A stretch of DNA of 64,000 nt. It comes from Patescibacteria group bacterium (GTDB lineage Bacteria; Patescibacteriota; Doudnabacteria; UBA920; O2-02-FULL-48-8). The translations under genes were made by a program, and so were the position numbers. The stretch is from positions 237,186 through 301,185 of the forward strand of contig DASUKB010000001.1 in NCBI GenBank assembly GCA_036278915.1, in the 5' to 3' direction. This document shows positions 29,772 to 39,740 of this stretch, piece by piece. Each line of letters starts with the position of its first letter. Positions within the stretch are counted from its first letter, which is position 1. Under the pieces are notes generated by a model. That model was not told the DNA's origin, made no database searches, and was given only the letters and a program-made list of their open reading frames with translations.

Positions 29772-31268
29772 ATGGCAAACGATGTTATAGAAAAATTACG
29801 CAGCAAGATTGAAGGATTTGAAACGCGGGCCCGGGTAGAAACGGTCGGCCAGGTTTTGAGCATCGGCGACGGCATTGCCAAAGTCTCCGGACTTTCAAAC
29901 GTTGGCGCGTCCGAGATGTTGGAATTTCCAGGAAACCTTCTGGGAGTCGCGCTGAATTTGGAAGAAGATGCCGTGGGCGTAATTCTTTTCGGACCATACG
30001 ATCACGTTAAGCAAGGCGATACCGTGCGACCGACTGGAAAAATTTTATCCGTGCCAGTAGGCGACGCGCTCGTGGGCCGGGTGGTGAATCCTTTGGGCGA
30101 GCCTTTGGACAACAAGGGCCCTATTAAAGCCGATAAAATTTACCCGATAGAAAAAATTGCACCAGGCGTCATCGAGCGCCAATCGGTGCGAGAACCTTTG
30201 GAGACCGGAATTAAGGCAATCGATGCCATGATCCCAATCGGCCGCGGCCAGCGGGAACTTATAATTGGCGACCGCCAGACCGGCAAAACCGCCATTGCCA
30301 TAGACACCATAATCAACCAAAAAGGCAAAGGTGTGACCTGCATCTATGTCGCAATTGGACAGAAGGAATCCAAAGTTGCTCGCATCGTAGCAGAACTCGA
30401 AAAACACGGCGCCATGGAACACACGATAGTGGTCTTATCCGGAGCTGCTGACCCAGCCGCTTTATCGTATATTGCGCCGTTTGCCGGTTGCGCCATGGGT
30501 GAATACTTTATGGACAAAGGCCAAGCCGCGCTTATAGTTTATGATGATCTAAGTAAACACGCCGTGGCGTATCGTGAAATTTCGCTGCTGCTGCGCCGCC
30601 CGCCGGGACGCGAAGCCTACCCGGGCGACGTATTTTATCTGCACTCGCGTTTACTGGAGCGCGCAGCCAAACTTTCCGACAAAAACGGCGCCGGCTCGCT
30701 TACGGCTTTGCCGATTATAGAAACGCAGGCCGGAGATGTTTCGGCTTACATTCCGACGAACGTCATCTCCATCACAGACGGACAGATTTTCCTGGAAACA
30801 GATTTATTCTATCAGGGTATCCGTCCTGCTCTTAACGTCGGCATTTCCGTGTCGCGTGTGGGTTCTGCTGCCCAGACTAAGGCCGTCAAAAAAGTCGCGG
30901 GCAAGTTGCGCTTGGACATGGCCCAGTACCGAGAGCTGGCCGCGTTCGCGCAATTTTCGTCTGACCTGGACCCGCAGACCAAGGCTCGCATCGAGCTCGG
31001 CCAGCGGATTACCGAAGTGCTCAAGCAAAATCAGTATGAACCGTTGAGTTCGGCGCATGAAGTGGCGATTCTTTACGCGGTCACTAATGGTTTCATGGAT
31101 AAAGTCCCAGTGCCTGACGTTAAATCTTGGGAAACTAAATTTCATAAATTCTTGAATGCCGAACACAAGGACCTTCTGGCTCAAATTCCCAAGATTAAAG
31201 ATTTTTCCGAAATTGAACCAGGGCTTAAAATAGCTATTGAGGAATTCAACAAGACTTATGTCAAATAA
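29772..31268 (+). CDS. atpA: F0F1 ATP synthase subunit alpha
   Basis: GDRQTGKT P-loop and full-length conservation. Confidence 0.97.
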   Translation: MANDVIEKLRSKIEGFETRARVETVGQVLSIGDGIAKVSGLSNVGASEMLEFPGNLLGVALNLEEDAVGVILFGPYDHVKQGDTVRPTGKILSVPVGDALVGRVVNPLGEPLDNKGPIKADKIYPIEKIAPGVIERQSVREPLETGIKAIDAMIPIGRGQRELIIGDRQTGKTAIAIDTIINQKGKGVTCIYVAIGQKESKVARIVAELEKHGAMEHTIVVLSGAADPAALSYIAPFAGCAMGEYFMDKGQAALIVYDDLSKHAVAYREISLLLRRPPGREAYPGDVFYLHSRLLERAAKLSDKNGAGSLTALPIIETQAGDVSAYIPTNVISITDGQIFLETDLFYQGIRPALNVGISVSRVGSAAQTKAVKKVAGKLRLDMAQYRELAAFAQFSSDLDPQTKARIELGQRITEVLKQNQYEPLSSAHEVAILYAVTNGFMDKVPVPDVKSWETKFHKFLNAEHKDLLAQIPKIKDFSEIEPGLKIAIEEFNKTYVK

Positions 31269-31500
31269 TAACGATGACCCACTTTCGCAAACAGCACAAT
31301 CTCTTAAGCTAGGGGTTTATGGTCATTTCAAAGGTCATAATGTTACAGTTATTGGAGTTGCCAGACATTCAGAAGATCCTACCCAAGAGTTTGTGGTTTA
31401 TGATCATGATGGAAAATTATGGATTAGACCACTTGGTATGTTTTTAGAAAATGTCGATCGTGATGGTTACAGTGGTCCGCGATTTAAGCATTTAGGATAA
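31258..31500 (+). CDS. DUF1653-like small protein inserted between atpA and atpG
   Basis: [40 protein letters not shown] resembles DUF1653 as recalled. ATG at 31258 overlaps the atpA stop. Confidence 0.55.
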   Translation: MSNNNDDPLSQTAQSLKLGVYGHFKGHNVTVIGVARHSEDPTQEFVVYDHDGKLWIRPLGMFLENVDRDGYSGPRFKHLG

Positions 31501-31502
31501 AT

Positions 31503-32366
31503 ATGGCCAACGGCAAAGAAATAAAAGGACGCATACGTTCCGTCCGCAATATCGGGCAAATCACGAAGGCTATGGAGCTGGTTTCGGCTGCCAAAATGCG
31601 CAAAGCACAGGCTCAAGCGAGATCCTCGCGTACTTACGCAAAGTTGTCTTCGGCCCTGCTTGAGAATTTGGCTTCGCGCACCCAAGAGCAGAACCATCCG
31701 TTGCTTTCGCACGCCTACAGTCCGGAAGATGCCCAAGGGCAAGCCTTGGTGCTGGTTATCGGCCCGGACAAAGGTTTGGCCGGCGCGCTTAACCTCAATC
31801 TTATCCAAAAAACTCTGGAAGTCGTCAAGCAAGAAAACCACCGGACGGACTTCGTGACTATCGGCAAAAAGAGCACGGACGCAATCCGCAGAATCGGTTC
31901 CAAAATTGTCGCCACGTTTGATGCCCGAGACCGAGAGGTTTCCATAAACGATGCCCGCCCGATTGCCCAGATTGCCATAAACGAATTTGTAAACGGGCAT
32001 TATACAAGAGTTTTTATAGTCTACACAGATTTTGTTTCAACATTGGTGCAGAAACCCGCAGTGTTGCGCTTGCTGCCCTTGGCCAAAGTTTCCGAGCCGG
32101 ACAGCGAAGAATATTTATTTGAACCGAGTCCGGATGATGTCTGGGACAATTTGATTTATCGGACGATTGAGTTTGCGGTATATCAGTCCATGCTTGAAGC
32201 CGTGGCTTCGGAGCATTCGGCGCGCATGGTGGCCATGCGCAATGCCAACCAGTCGGCCACGGATTTGGTATCTGAATTACAATTAAGCTATAACCAGGCG
32301 CGCCAGGCGGCAATCACGAAAGAACTTTCGGAAATTTCCGCAGCCAAATTGGCGATGGAAGGCTAA
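31503..32366 (+). CDS. atpG: F0F1 ATP synthase subunit gamma
   Basis: N-terminal IKGRIRSVRNIGQITKAMELVSAAKMRKAQ and C-terminal LSYNQARQAAITKEL helices. Confidence 0.9.
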   Translation: MANGKEIKGRIRSVRNIGQITKAMELVSAAKMRKAQAQARSSRTYAKLSSALLENLASRTQEQNHPLLSHAYSPEDAQGQALVLVIGPDKGLAGALNLNLIQKTLEVVKQENHRTDFVTIGKKSTDAIRRIGSKIVATFDARDREVSINDARPIAQIAINEFVNGHYTRVFIVYTDFVSTLVQKPAVLRLLPLAKVSEPDSEEYLFEPSPDDVWDNLIYRTIEFAVYQSMLEAVASEHSARMVAMRNANQSATDLVSELQLSYNQARQAAITKELSEISAAKLAMEG

Positions 32367-32405
32367 AGCCTTCCGCTACGCTCAAAATGTAGCGGAAAAC
32401 TTTAG

Positions 32406-33794
<1,389 letters not shown>

Positions 33795-33845
33795 CCTAAT
33801 TAACCTAATTGCTCTAATTTCTAAACTTAGGTCAATTAGAAATTT

Positions 33846-34283
33846 ATGATTCATTTTAAAATCGTAACTCCTGAGCGCGAGGTGCTGGATGCGGAAGCAG
33901 ATTCCGTGACTTTGCCCACGCAAATGGGTGAAATTACAATTTTGCCAAACCATATACCACTGGTGGCAAACCTTGCTCCTGGTGAAATGCGCTTTCGCCG
34001 CGGTACGGCGGAAGAGTCTTTTGCTGTGTCGGGAGGGTTTGTGGAAGTCAAAAAAAATCACGAAGTCGTGGTTCTGGCCGACACAGCAGAGCGCGGGCAC
34101 GAGATAGATTTGGACCGCGCCGAACGTGCGCGCGAACGTGCCAGCAAATTTATAAACGAATCATACAAAGACCAGAAATCATTGGCCGATGCTTCTGCTA
34201 GTTTGCAAAAGCATTTAGCGCGTATCCGCGTAGCGCGCAAGCACCGCACAAAGTCAGGCTCAGCGATCCACACAAATTATTAG
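33846..34283 (+). CDS. atpC: F0F1 ATP synthase subunit epsilon
   Basis: Operon position; beta-sandwich plus helical C-terminus. Confidence 0.85.
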   Translation: MIHFKIVTPEREVLDAEADSVTLPTQMGEITILPNHIPLVANLAPGEMRFRRGTAEESFAVSGGFVEVKKNHEVVVLADTAERGHEIDLDRAERARERASKFINESYKDQKSLADASASLQKHLARIRVARKHRTKSGSAIHTNY

Positions 34284-34357
34284 GAATCTTGACTTTTGTG
34301 ACCAGTTGAAGTAAAATCAATTGGTTGCTTTTGTTTCTGCGTACAAAGGAGGGTAGG

Positions 34358-34780
34358 ATGGAAAAAGCCCGGAGTCAGGCTGTGTTGTTGCATTGCCAGG
34401 ATCCGAGATTCAAAAGCCACGTCGAGAAATTGGTCGTGGCGAACCTCGGGCTCACGGAAGAAGAACTGGATGTCATTTCTGTTCCCGGCGGCGGCTGGGA
34501 ACTCGCGCGATCTGGCGTAGGAATTGAACTGCTGGCAACTGGCCTGAAAATCGCTATTCAGGATCATGGCGCGCGCACGGTTGTCATCGTCCACCATCAG
34601 GACTGCGGCGCGTACGGCGGTTCCGGCTCCTTCCGCAACCTTGATCACGAGCGGGAACATCATGACCGCGAGATACGCAAAGCGGTTCACCAGCTCATCG
34701 TGCGGTTCCGTCACATTCAGGACTTTCAGGGTTACATGGCCGTCAAGAACGGGCATGTAAGTCTGGATCGCTTGTTCTGA
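34358..34780 (+). CDS. small beta-carbonic-anhydrase-like protein (CxDxR...HxxCG zinc motif), paralog 1
   Basis: LHCQDPRF and HHQDCGAYGGSGSF; SD AAGGAGGG before the ATG at 34358. Confidence 0.45.
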   Translation: MEKARSQAVLLHCQDPRFKSHVEKLVVANLGLTEEELDVISVPGGGWELARSGVGIELLATGLKIAIQDHGARTVVIVHHQDCGAYGGSGSFRNLDHEREHHDREIRKAVHQLIVRFRHIQDFQGYMAVKNGHVSLDRLF

Positions 34781-34785
34781 CTTCT

Positions 34786-34822
34786 TGACCGCAAGGACTT
34801 TGGTCCTTGCGGTCTTCCTTTT
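34786..34822 (+). terminator. intrinsic terminator
   Basis: gaccgcaaggaCTTTGgtccttgcggtc plus a T-run. Confidence 0.75.
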
Positions 34823-34857
34823 TATTTAGTAAGATTGCGTTGTATTAACCCAAATTT

Positions 34858-35271
34858 ATGTCACAAGCACAGGCAGTAGCACTGTCATGTATTGATTTCC
34901 GTTTCCGTAAACCGATCGCTGAATTTTTTGAAAACGAACTGAATATTTATGCCGTGGACCACATGGCCCAGGGCGGTGGCGTGAAGATGATCCTGGAGGA
35001 CGGACCGATTCGCCAGTGGACTTTTGAAAATTTTGACATCGCCTTCAACAAACACGACGTCAAGCGCGTAATTCTCATCAATCATCAGGACTGCGGCGCG
35101 TACGGCGGTTCCGGCTCCTTCAATGGTCTAGAAGACGAGGTAGAAAAGCAGGAGATCCAGCTTCGGCACGGCGTATCTGTAGTACAATCAAAATATCCCG
35201 ATAAACAAGTGGAAGCGTATTTGGCGCTTTTGGCAGACGACGGCAAGGTTACCTTTAAAAAAGTCGTCTAA
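34858..35271 (+). CDS. small beta-carbonic-anhydrase-like protein, paralog 2
   Basis: SCIDFRF and NHQDCGAYGGSGSF; shares a 39-nt identical DNA core with paralog 1. Confidence 0.45.
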   Translation: MSQAQAVALSCIDFRFRKPIAEFFENELNIYAVDHMAQGGGVKMILEDGPIRQWTFENFDIAFNKHDVKRVILINHQDCGAYGGSGSFNGLEDEVEKQEIQLRHGVSVVQSKYPDKQVEAYLALLADDGKVTFKKVV

Positions 35272-35272
35272 C

Positions 35273-36676
35273 GTGCAGATTGTAAAGTGGAAAGCGCGAA
35301 CCTCATTGGAAAAAGCCGGATTAAAAATTGTCCGGCTTTTAAACAAGCATAAATTTCAAGCTTTTTTCGTAGGCGGCATTGTGAGAAATTTTTTGCTTAA
35401 GAGGGAATCCGACAATTTGGATATAGCAACAGACGCTTTGCCGGATGAAGTGGAGAAGGTTTTGGAATCCGCTGGAATTGAATTTAAGCAAGTCGGCAAA
35501 AAGTACGGAACAATTCTTGCCATTGCACACGGGCAAAAAATTGAAATCACGACTTTCCGCGCCGAAGGCCGCTACAGCGACCAGCGTCATCCGGACAGCG
35601 TAAAATTTATAGTTGATTACATTAATGACGCCAAACGGCGCGATCTTACGATTAACGCCCTGTATTTAAATCCTGTAACTTGCGAGATATTTGATCCAGA
35701 AGGCGGTCTGCACGATTTGGGACGCAAAATCATAAAATTTGTAGGGGATCCCAAGAAGCGCATTGAAGAAGACCCGTTGAGGATGTTGAGGGCCGTGCGT
35801 TTTGTTGTGACTTTAGGATTTAAGTTCGAGAAGAATTCATTTGCCGCCATCAAAACACGTGCCAAGCTCATTAGGGATGTGTCAGGAACTCGTATTCGTC
35901 TGGAACTGGACAAAATCCTGCTTTCGCAAAATGCGCGGATTGGATTGGAACTCTTGGATGCCGCAGGCCTGCTCAAATGTATAACCCCGGAACTTATAGA
36001 GCTCAAAAGAATAGACCACAAATCGTCGCGCCATCACAGAGAAGGAAATATGTTCGTGCACACCATGCTGGCCTTGGAGAATTCTGCGCCGGACTTGCTT
36101 GTGAGATATGCGGTGCTCTTTCACGATATCGGCAAAGCCTCCGTTAAAATGCGACAAAAGTCAGACCGCGGAGGTTTTCCATATCTGTCCACTCCCGGTC
36201 ATGAGAAGGCCTCAGTTAAAATATTTTTAAGGTTCGCGCAAAAATATTCTTTCTCGCGAGCTGATCAGGAGATCGTTGGCTGGTTGATCCTCCATCATGA
36301 TGACCGCACAAACTTTTGTCAGCTGAGCGGAGAAAAACAGATCAAGTACGCGCTGGAGCCGCGGTTTGCCAGGCTTTTGGATGTTTGGTTTGCAGATTCC
36401 AGAGGAAACTTGCGTCTAAATGACCTCGGTACTGTTGTTCCAGGCAACTCACCTGCGGTTGCGATAGGAGAAAAATTTTTGCGGCGGATTGCTATTAAAT
36501 CTGAACTTCTAAATAAATTTGCTCGAGGCGAATTTATTATTACAGAGACGGGACTTCGTACGGGAATAAAAATTGGCCAGATTTTGGATGAGGTTAAAAT
36601 CAAAATTATCCTGGGACAAATAACGGACAAGACTTCGGCAATAAATTTTTTGAAAAAGTTTAAAAAAAACACTTGA
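35273..36676 (+). CDS. cca: CCA-adding tRNA nucleotidyltransferase with HD domain
   Basis: Pol-beta NT motif GGIVRNFLL...DLDIAT, RxxR...D, C-terminal HD domain (LFHDIGK). Confidence 0.85.
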   Translation: MQIVKWKARTSLEKAGLKIVRLLNKHKFQAFFVGGIVRNFLLKRESDNLDIATDALPDEVEKVLESAGIEFKQVGKKYGTILAIAHGQKIEITTFRAEGRYSDQRHPDSVKFIVDYINDAKRRDLTINALYLNPVTCEIFDPEGGLHDLGRKIIKFVGDPKKRIEEDPLRMLRAVRFVVTLGFKFEKNSFAAIKTRAKLIRDVSGTRIRLELDKILLSQNARIGLELLDAAGLLKCITPELIELKRIDHKSSRHHREGNMFVHTMLALENSAPDLLVRYAVLFHDIGKASVKMRQKSDRGGFPYLSTPGHEKASVKIFLRFAQKYSFSRADQEIVGWLILHHDDRTNFCQLSGEKQIKYALEPRFARLLDVWFADSRGNLRLNDLGTVVPGNSPAVAIGEKFLRRIAIKSELLNKFARGEFIITETGLRTGIKIGQILDEVKIKIILGQITDKTSAINFLKKFKKNT

Positions 36677-36830
36677 CATCTTTTCCAATATAGTTTACGC
36701 TTTTGGTGTTATGTTAATTTGGCTTGATCTCCGGAAAAATGTAACACGGAGTGAAAGAAAAAGAAAAAATTATAAGTCTTGCGAAAATTTCTAAAAAATT
36801 TTTTGCAAGGCGCAAGGAGTGCCTCCTAAG

Positions 36831-36896
36831 ATGGCAAAGAAAAAAGCCAAGAAGACCGCGAAGCGAAAAGGCGGTTCAAAGAAAAAGCGAGTATAG
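36831..36896 (+). CDS. candidate 21-aa highly basic peptide (MAKKKAKKTAKRKGGSKKKRV)
   Basis: Its SD is embedded in the hairpin AGGAGTGCCTCCT; followed by terminator hairpin ataccccgGCAAAAACGTcggggtat at 36911-36940. Confidence 0.25.
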   Translation: MAKKKAKKTAKRKGGSKKKRV

Positions 36897-37039
36897 CTTT
36901 TCTGTAAATACCCCGGCAAAAACGTCGGGGTATTTATTTGCCTTGATTTTCGCGCGGTTTGTGATATAATGTTAAACGCTTACAGGATTCCGGTTCTTGA
37001 GGTGACATAAAAGAAGCCCGAGCCTGTTTTAATTTTACT

Positions 37040-37116
37040 GCCGGTGTAGCTCAGTTGGTTAGAGCGTGGGACTCATAAGCCCGAGGTCAGAGGTTCGAAT
37101 CCTCTCACCGGCACCA
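37040..37116 (+). tRNA. tRNA-Met (CAT), elongator type
   Basis: Manual fold: acceptor GCCGGTG/CACCGGC with G1-C72 pair, anticodon loop CTCATAA, T-arm AGAGG-TTCGAAT-CCTCT, CCA encoded. Confidence 0.85.
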
Positions 37117-37256
37117 GTGAGTAAATAATTTGGATAATTTTAGGCACGAGCATTGTTGTAAATTTAGTCTGCGCAGCGCGACGGCGCGAGCACGCAGGCC
37201 GATCCGCCAGCAGGCGGAGACGGCCGGTAAATTTGCAATCAATGCGAGCGCATTAT

Positions 37257-37331
37257 CGCGGGGTAGAGAAATGGCATCTCGCAAGGCTCATAACCTTGAG
37301 ATTGGCGGTTCGAATCCGCCCCCCGCAACCA
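37257..37331 (+). tRNA. tRNA-fMet (CAT), initiator type
   Basis: C1xA72 mismatch (CGCGGGG...CCCCGCA-A-CCA), anticodon arm CAAGG-CTCATAA-CCTTG. Confidence 0.8.
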
Positions 37332-37333
37332 AT

Positions 37334-37412
37334 GGGCGCGTGGTGTAGCCCGGTCTAACACGTCTCCCTGTCACGGAGAAGATCGCCGGTTCAAATCCGG
37401 TCGCGCCCGCCA
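37334..37412 (+). tRNA. tRNA-Asp (GTC)
   Basis: Acceptor GGGCGCG/CGCGCCC, anticodon arm TCTCC-CTGTCAC-GGAGA, T-arm GCCGG-TTCAAAT-CCGGT. Confidence 0.8.
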
Positions 37413-37418
37413 TGAAGT

Positions 37419-37452
37419 AAAATCCCCACCTTTGTGTGGGGATTTTACTTTT
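37419..37452. terminator. bidirectional terminator after the tRNA cluster
   Basis: aaaatccccaCCTTTGTGtggggatttt flanked by A-run and T-run. Confidence 0.75.
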
Positions 37453-37492
37453 CCGGATTGTCCGGAGTTTTTTCATTGCAATTTTATATAAA

Positions 37493-37528
37493 AAAATCCC
37501 CGGGGAAGCTCGAAAGCTTCCTCGGGGT
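37493..37528 (-). terminator. terminator for the minus-strand MreB-island operon
   Basis: ccccgaggaagc-tttcga-gcttccccgggg followed by T7 on the minus strand. Confidence 0.65.
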
Positions 37529-37533
37529 CGGTT

Positions 37534-38496
37534 TCATCGTCGGAAGTAGACCACGATCTTGCGACCCGTAACTGGGTCGATGACCGTTTCCACCTTCACG
37601 ACTTTCCTCCTGCTAGTTGTTCGCACCCGCGGACGCGACGTACGTTCTAGGTTATCCTGCCGTGCGGCCAGTTGTGCGGTTCGTTGCTCGAGCGGATAGA
37701 TGTGATCTTCCTTCAGACCTTGTATCCGATCGGTGTTCGTTTTGATCTGGGTTCTCTGCGCGTTCACCGTGTACGCAAGCTTGCCCAGATCCGTAGCGAC
37801 GCGGTCAAGCGTGACACCAGAAGGACTGGTTGCCGGCTGGTTCGCGGTGGTCGTTGTCACGGTTGTGGTGGACGGCGCGTGTGCTGCCGCAGGTTTGGCC
37901 GGAGCAGCCGCAGCCTGCTTCGTGGTCGTGTTGGTCACAACCGTTGAGGTGGTGCGCCATGGCCTGTACAGAACGAGCAGTACGACAATGCCCACAAAGA
38001 TCAAAACAGTAATCCAGGGCAACTGTGGCTTCCACCACGCTCGCCGGGCTTGTTTAACCTTGACGACTGGCGTTACAGATTGGCCGTTGGCATAGACCTT
38101 GATTGACTGCGCCAATTCGTCCAGGGTGTAGTGATTCTTTACGAGGCAGACCGCAACGTTGCGAATCTCCTCGTCAGTAGCTGTACGATGATAGGGATCC
38201 ATCTCAATGCCGCTCGAAACGAGAGGCAAGGTATTGAGCAAAGGGCTTTGGAGGGCGAAAGCGAGCCGTTGCGTGTAGACGACGCGATTGGGCGCCAGGA
38301 CTTTGTGCTTCTCGAGGCTTTCTTTGATGTTGTCAAAGTAGACCTCTTTGGAGCGCTCCGTCCGCCCTTTGTTTAGGCAGGCTGTGGTGTGTCTCGCCAG
38401 CTCTGCGTAGTCCAACACCGTTGGTTTGGCTGGTTCCGGTTCGACATCTTCATCGTAGCTGCCGACGTGAACCACAGGACGTTCTTCTTCGGTCAT
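37534..38496 (-). CDS. hypothetical bitopic membrane protein: about 150 aa cytoplasmic N-domain, one TM, Thr/Ala/Pro-rich linker, coiled-coil C-domain; RodZ-like topology
   Basis: TM WITVLIFVGIVVLLVLY; linker TTTKQAAAAPAKPAAAHAPSTTTVTTTTANQPATSP. It lies 14 nt downstream of the MreB-like gene in the same high-GC island. Confidence 0.55.
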   Translation of the reverse strand: MTEEERPVVHVGSYDEDVEPEPAKPTVLDYAELARHTTACLNKGRTERSKEVYFDNIKESLEKHKVLAPNRVVYTQRLAFALQSPLLNTLPLVSSGIEMDPYHRTATDEEIRNVAVCLVKNHYTLDELAQSIKVYANGQSVTPVVKVKQARRAWWKPQLPWITVLIFVGIVVLLVLYRPWRTTSTVVTNTTTKQAAAAPAKPAAAHAPSTTTVTTTTANQPATSPSGVTLDRVATDLGKLAYTVNAQRTQIKTNTDRIQGLKEDHIYPLEQRTAQLAARQDNLERTSRPRVRTTSRRKVVKVETVIDPVTGRKIVVYFRR

Positions 38497-38510
38497 TGTT
38501 CCTCCAGAAA

Positions 38511-39605
38511 TCAGGCAGCCTCGTTGAGGCTGAACTGTCTGATGAGATCGGGATCCTCCAGGATCTTGGCTCCTCCGAGGATCACGGACATGAGCGGTTT
38601 TTCCACGCGACGGACTTCGAGGCCGAGTTCATTCGTGAGGTACTGGTCCATGCCGTCGATGAGCGAACCGCCGCCAGTGAGCCAGATGCCATTGTCCTTG
38701 AGATCCGTGTGGACCTGGCCTTCCTCGATCTTTGAGATGTGTTCCCGGAGGAGTGAAGCAATGTGTTTGAGTACATTCTCCAACAAGCACTCTCGGATCT
38801 CGTCACTTGAGAGGTCCGCTTCGCGTTGTTCTTCGAGTGGGCGGCCACGGACGGTCGCTTTCAACTTGCGGCTGTCTTCGAACGGGCAGGCCGAACCAAT
38901 CTTCTTTTTGATCCACTCCGCCGTTCTGATCCCGATGCCGAGTTTGTGTTCGGTCTTGAGGTGCTTGACGATCGCCTCATCCATGAGGTCGCCACCGTAC
39001 TCAAAGCTCTTGCTGTACGGCAGTTCGGCGCCGCCTGCAAGGATTGCGATATCTGTGGTGCCGCCACCGATATCCACGATAGTGCAAGCCTTGCCATCCT
39101 GGAAGTTGAGGTCAGCGCCGAACGCGGCCTCCACGGGTTCGCTGACGATCACCGCGCGGCCGCCAACCTCATCGTTGATCAGGTTTCTGATCGCTCGGTT
39201 CTCCATGAGTGTGGAATTGCAAGGCACTCCAACGAGAATCATGGGCTTGGTGAGCGTGGCGCCCAGATGCCGGAATCTCCCGAATGAAGGGTACACTCGG
39301 CGGATCATTGCGCCCATAGTACTCACAAAGGCACTCTCGTCGAAGATTCTTCCTCGGCGAACTGGCCACGCGATTTCCAACTCGCTGGGAAGTCTGCCAA
39401 TCTTGCGGTATGCCTCGTCGCCGGTGGCCTCGAGTGCTTTGTTTGCCACGCGCCGGGAAACGATTGACCGTTCCTGAAAAATTTCATCCGGCTCGGCATC
39501 GGGATCCAAGCATTCCTTGAGCTGTATGAGGCCTTTGCCTCGGACGTACATCTCCACCGTGCCGGTGCCCATGTCAAAAGCCATGTCCTCGAACATTTTC
39601 ATCAT
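38511..39605 (-). CDS. divergent MreB-family actin-like ATPase
   Basis: Actin-fold motifs DMGTGTVEMYV (phosphate 1), ILVGVPCNSTLMENRAIRN, DIGGGTTDIAIL (phosphate 2), LTGGGSLIDGMDQYL (adenosine). SD AGGAGGG 6 nt before the ATG at 39605. About 57% GC versus about 44% in surrounding DNA. Confidence 0.8.
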   Translation of the reverse strand: MMKMFEDMAFDMGTGTVEMYVRGKGLIQLKECLDPDAEPDEIFQERSIVSRRVANKALEATGDEAYRKIGRLPSELEIAWPVRRGRIFDESAFVSTMGAMIRRVYPSFGRFRHLGATLTKPMILVGVPCNSTLMENRAIRNLINDEVGGRAVIVSEPVEAAFGADLNFQDGKACTIVDIGGGTTDIAILAGGAELPYSKSFEYGGDLMDEAIVKHLKTEHKLGIGIRTAEWIKKKIGSACPFEDSRKLKATVRGRPLEEQREADLSSDEIRECLLENVLKHIASLLREHISKIEEGQVHTDLKDNGIWLTGGGSLIDGMDQYLTNELGLEVRRVEKPLMSVILGGAKILEDPDLIRQFSLNEAA

Positions 39606-39740
39606 ACTAGTCCCTCCTTTGGAACGTTGAAAATAGCTGTTTTTCGTCAATTGCTTGACGCATCATAATACCTAAACATCAAAGTTAAGTCAAGCCCGTA
39701 TGAGTTAGCCAGAATAGGCTAGTTCTGGTATAATTAGTCT

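Noticed and set aside
36751-36969. 72-aa plus-strand ORF
   Set aside because: It reads through the micro-ORF, its hairpin and the terminator. Replaced by the 21-aa candidate.
37130-37476. ORFs 37130..37348 (+) and 37288..37476 (-)
   Set aside because: They overlap the three well-formed tRNA genes and their terminator. No coding signal.
38389-39477. 362-aa plus-strand ORF
   Set aside because: It is antisense to the MreB-like gene in high-GC DNA. Its Ser/Arg/Pro-rich low-complexity translation is a typical GC-driven spurious ORF.
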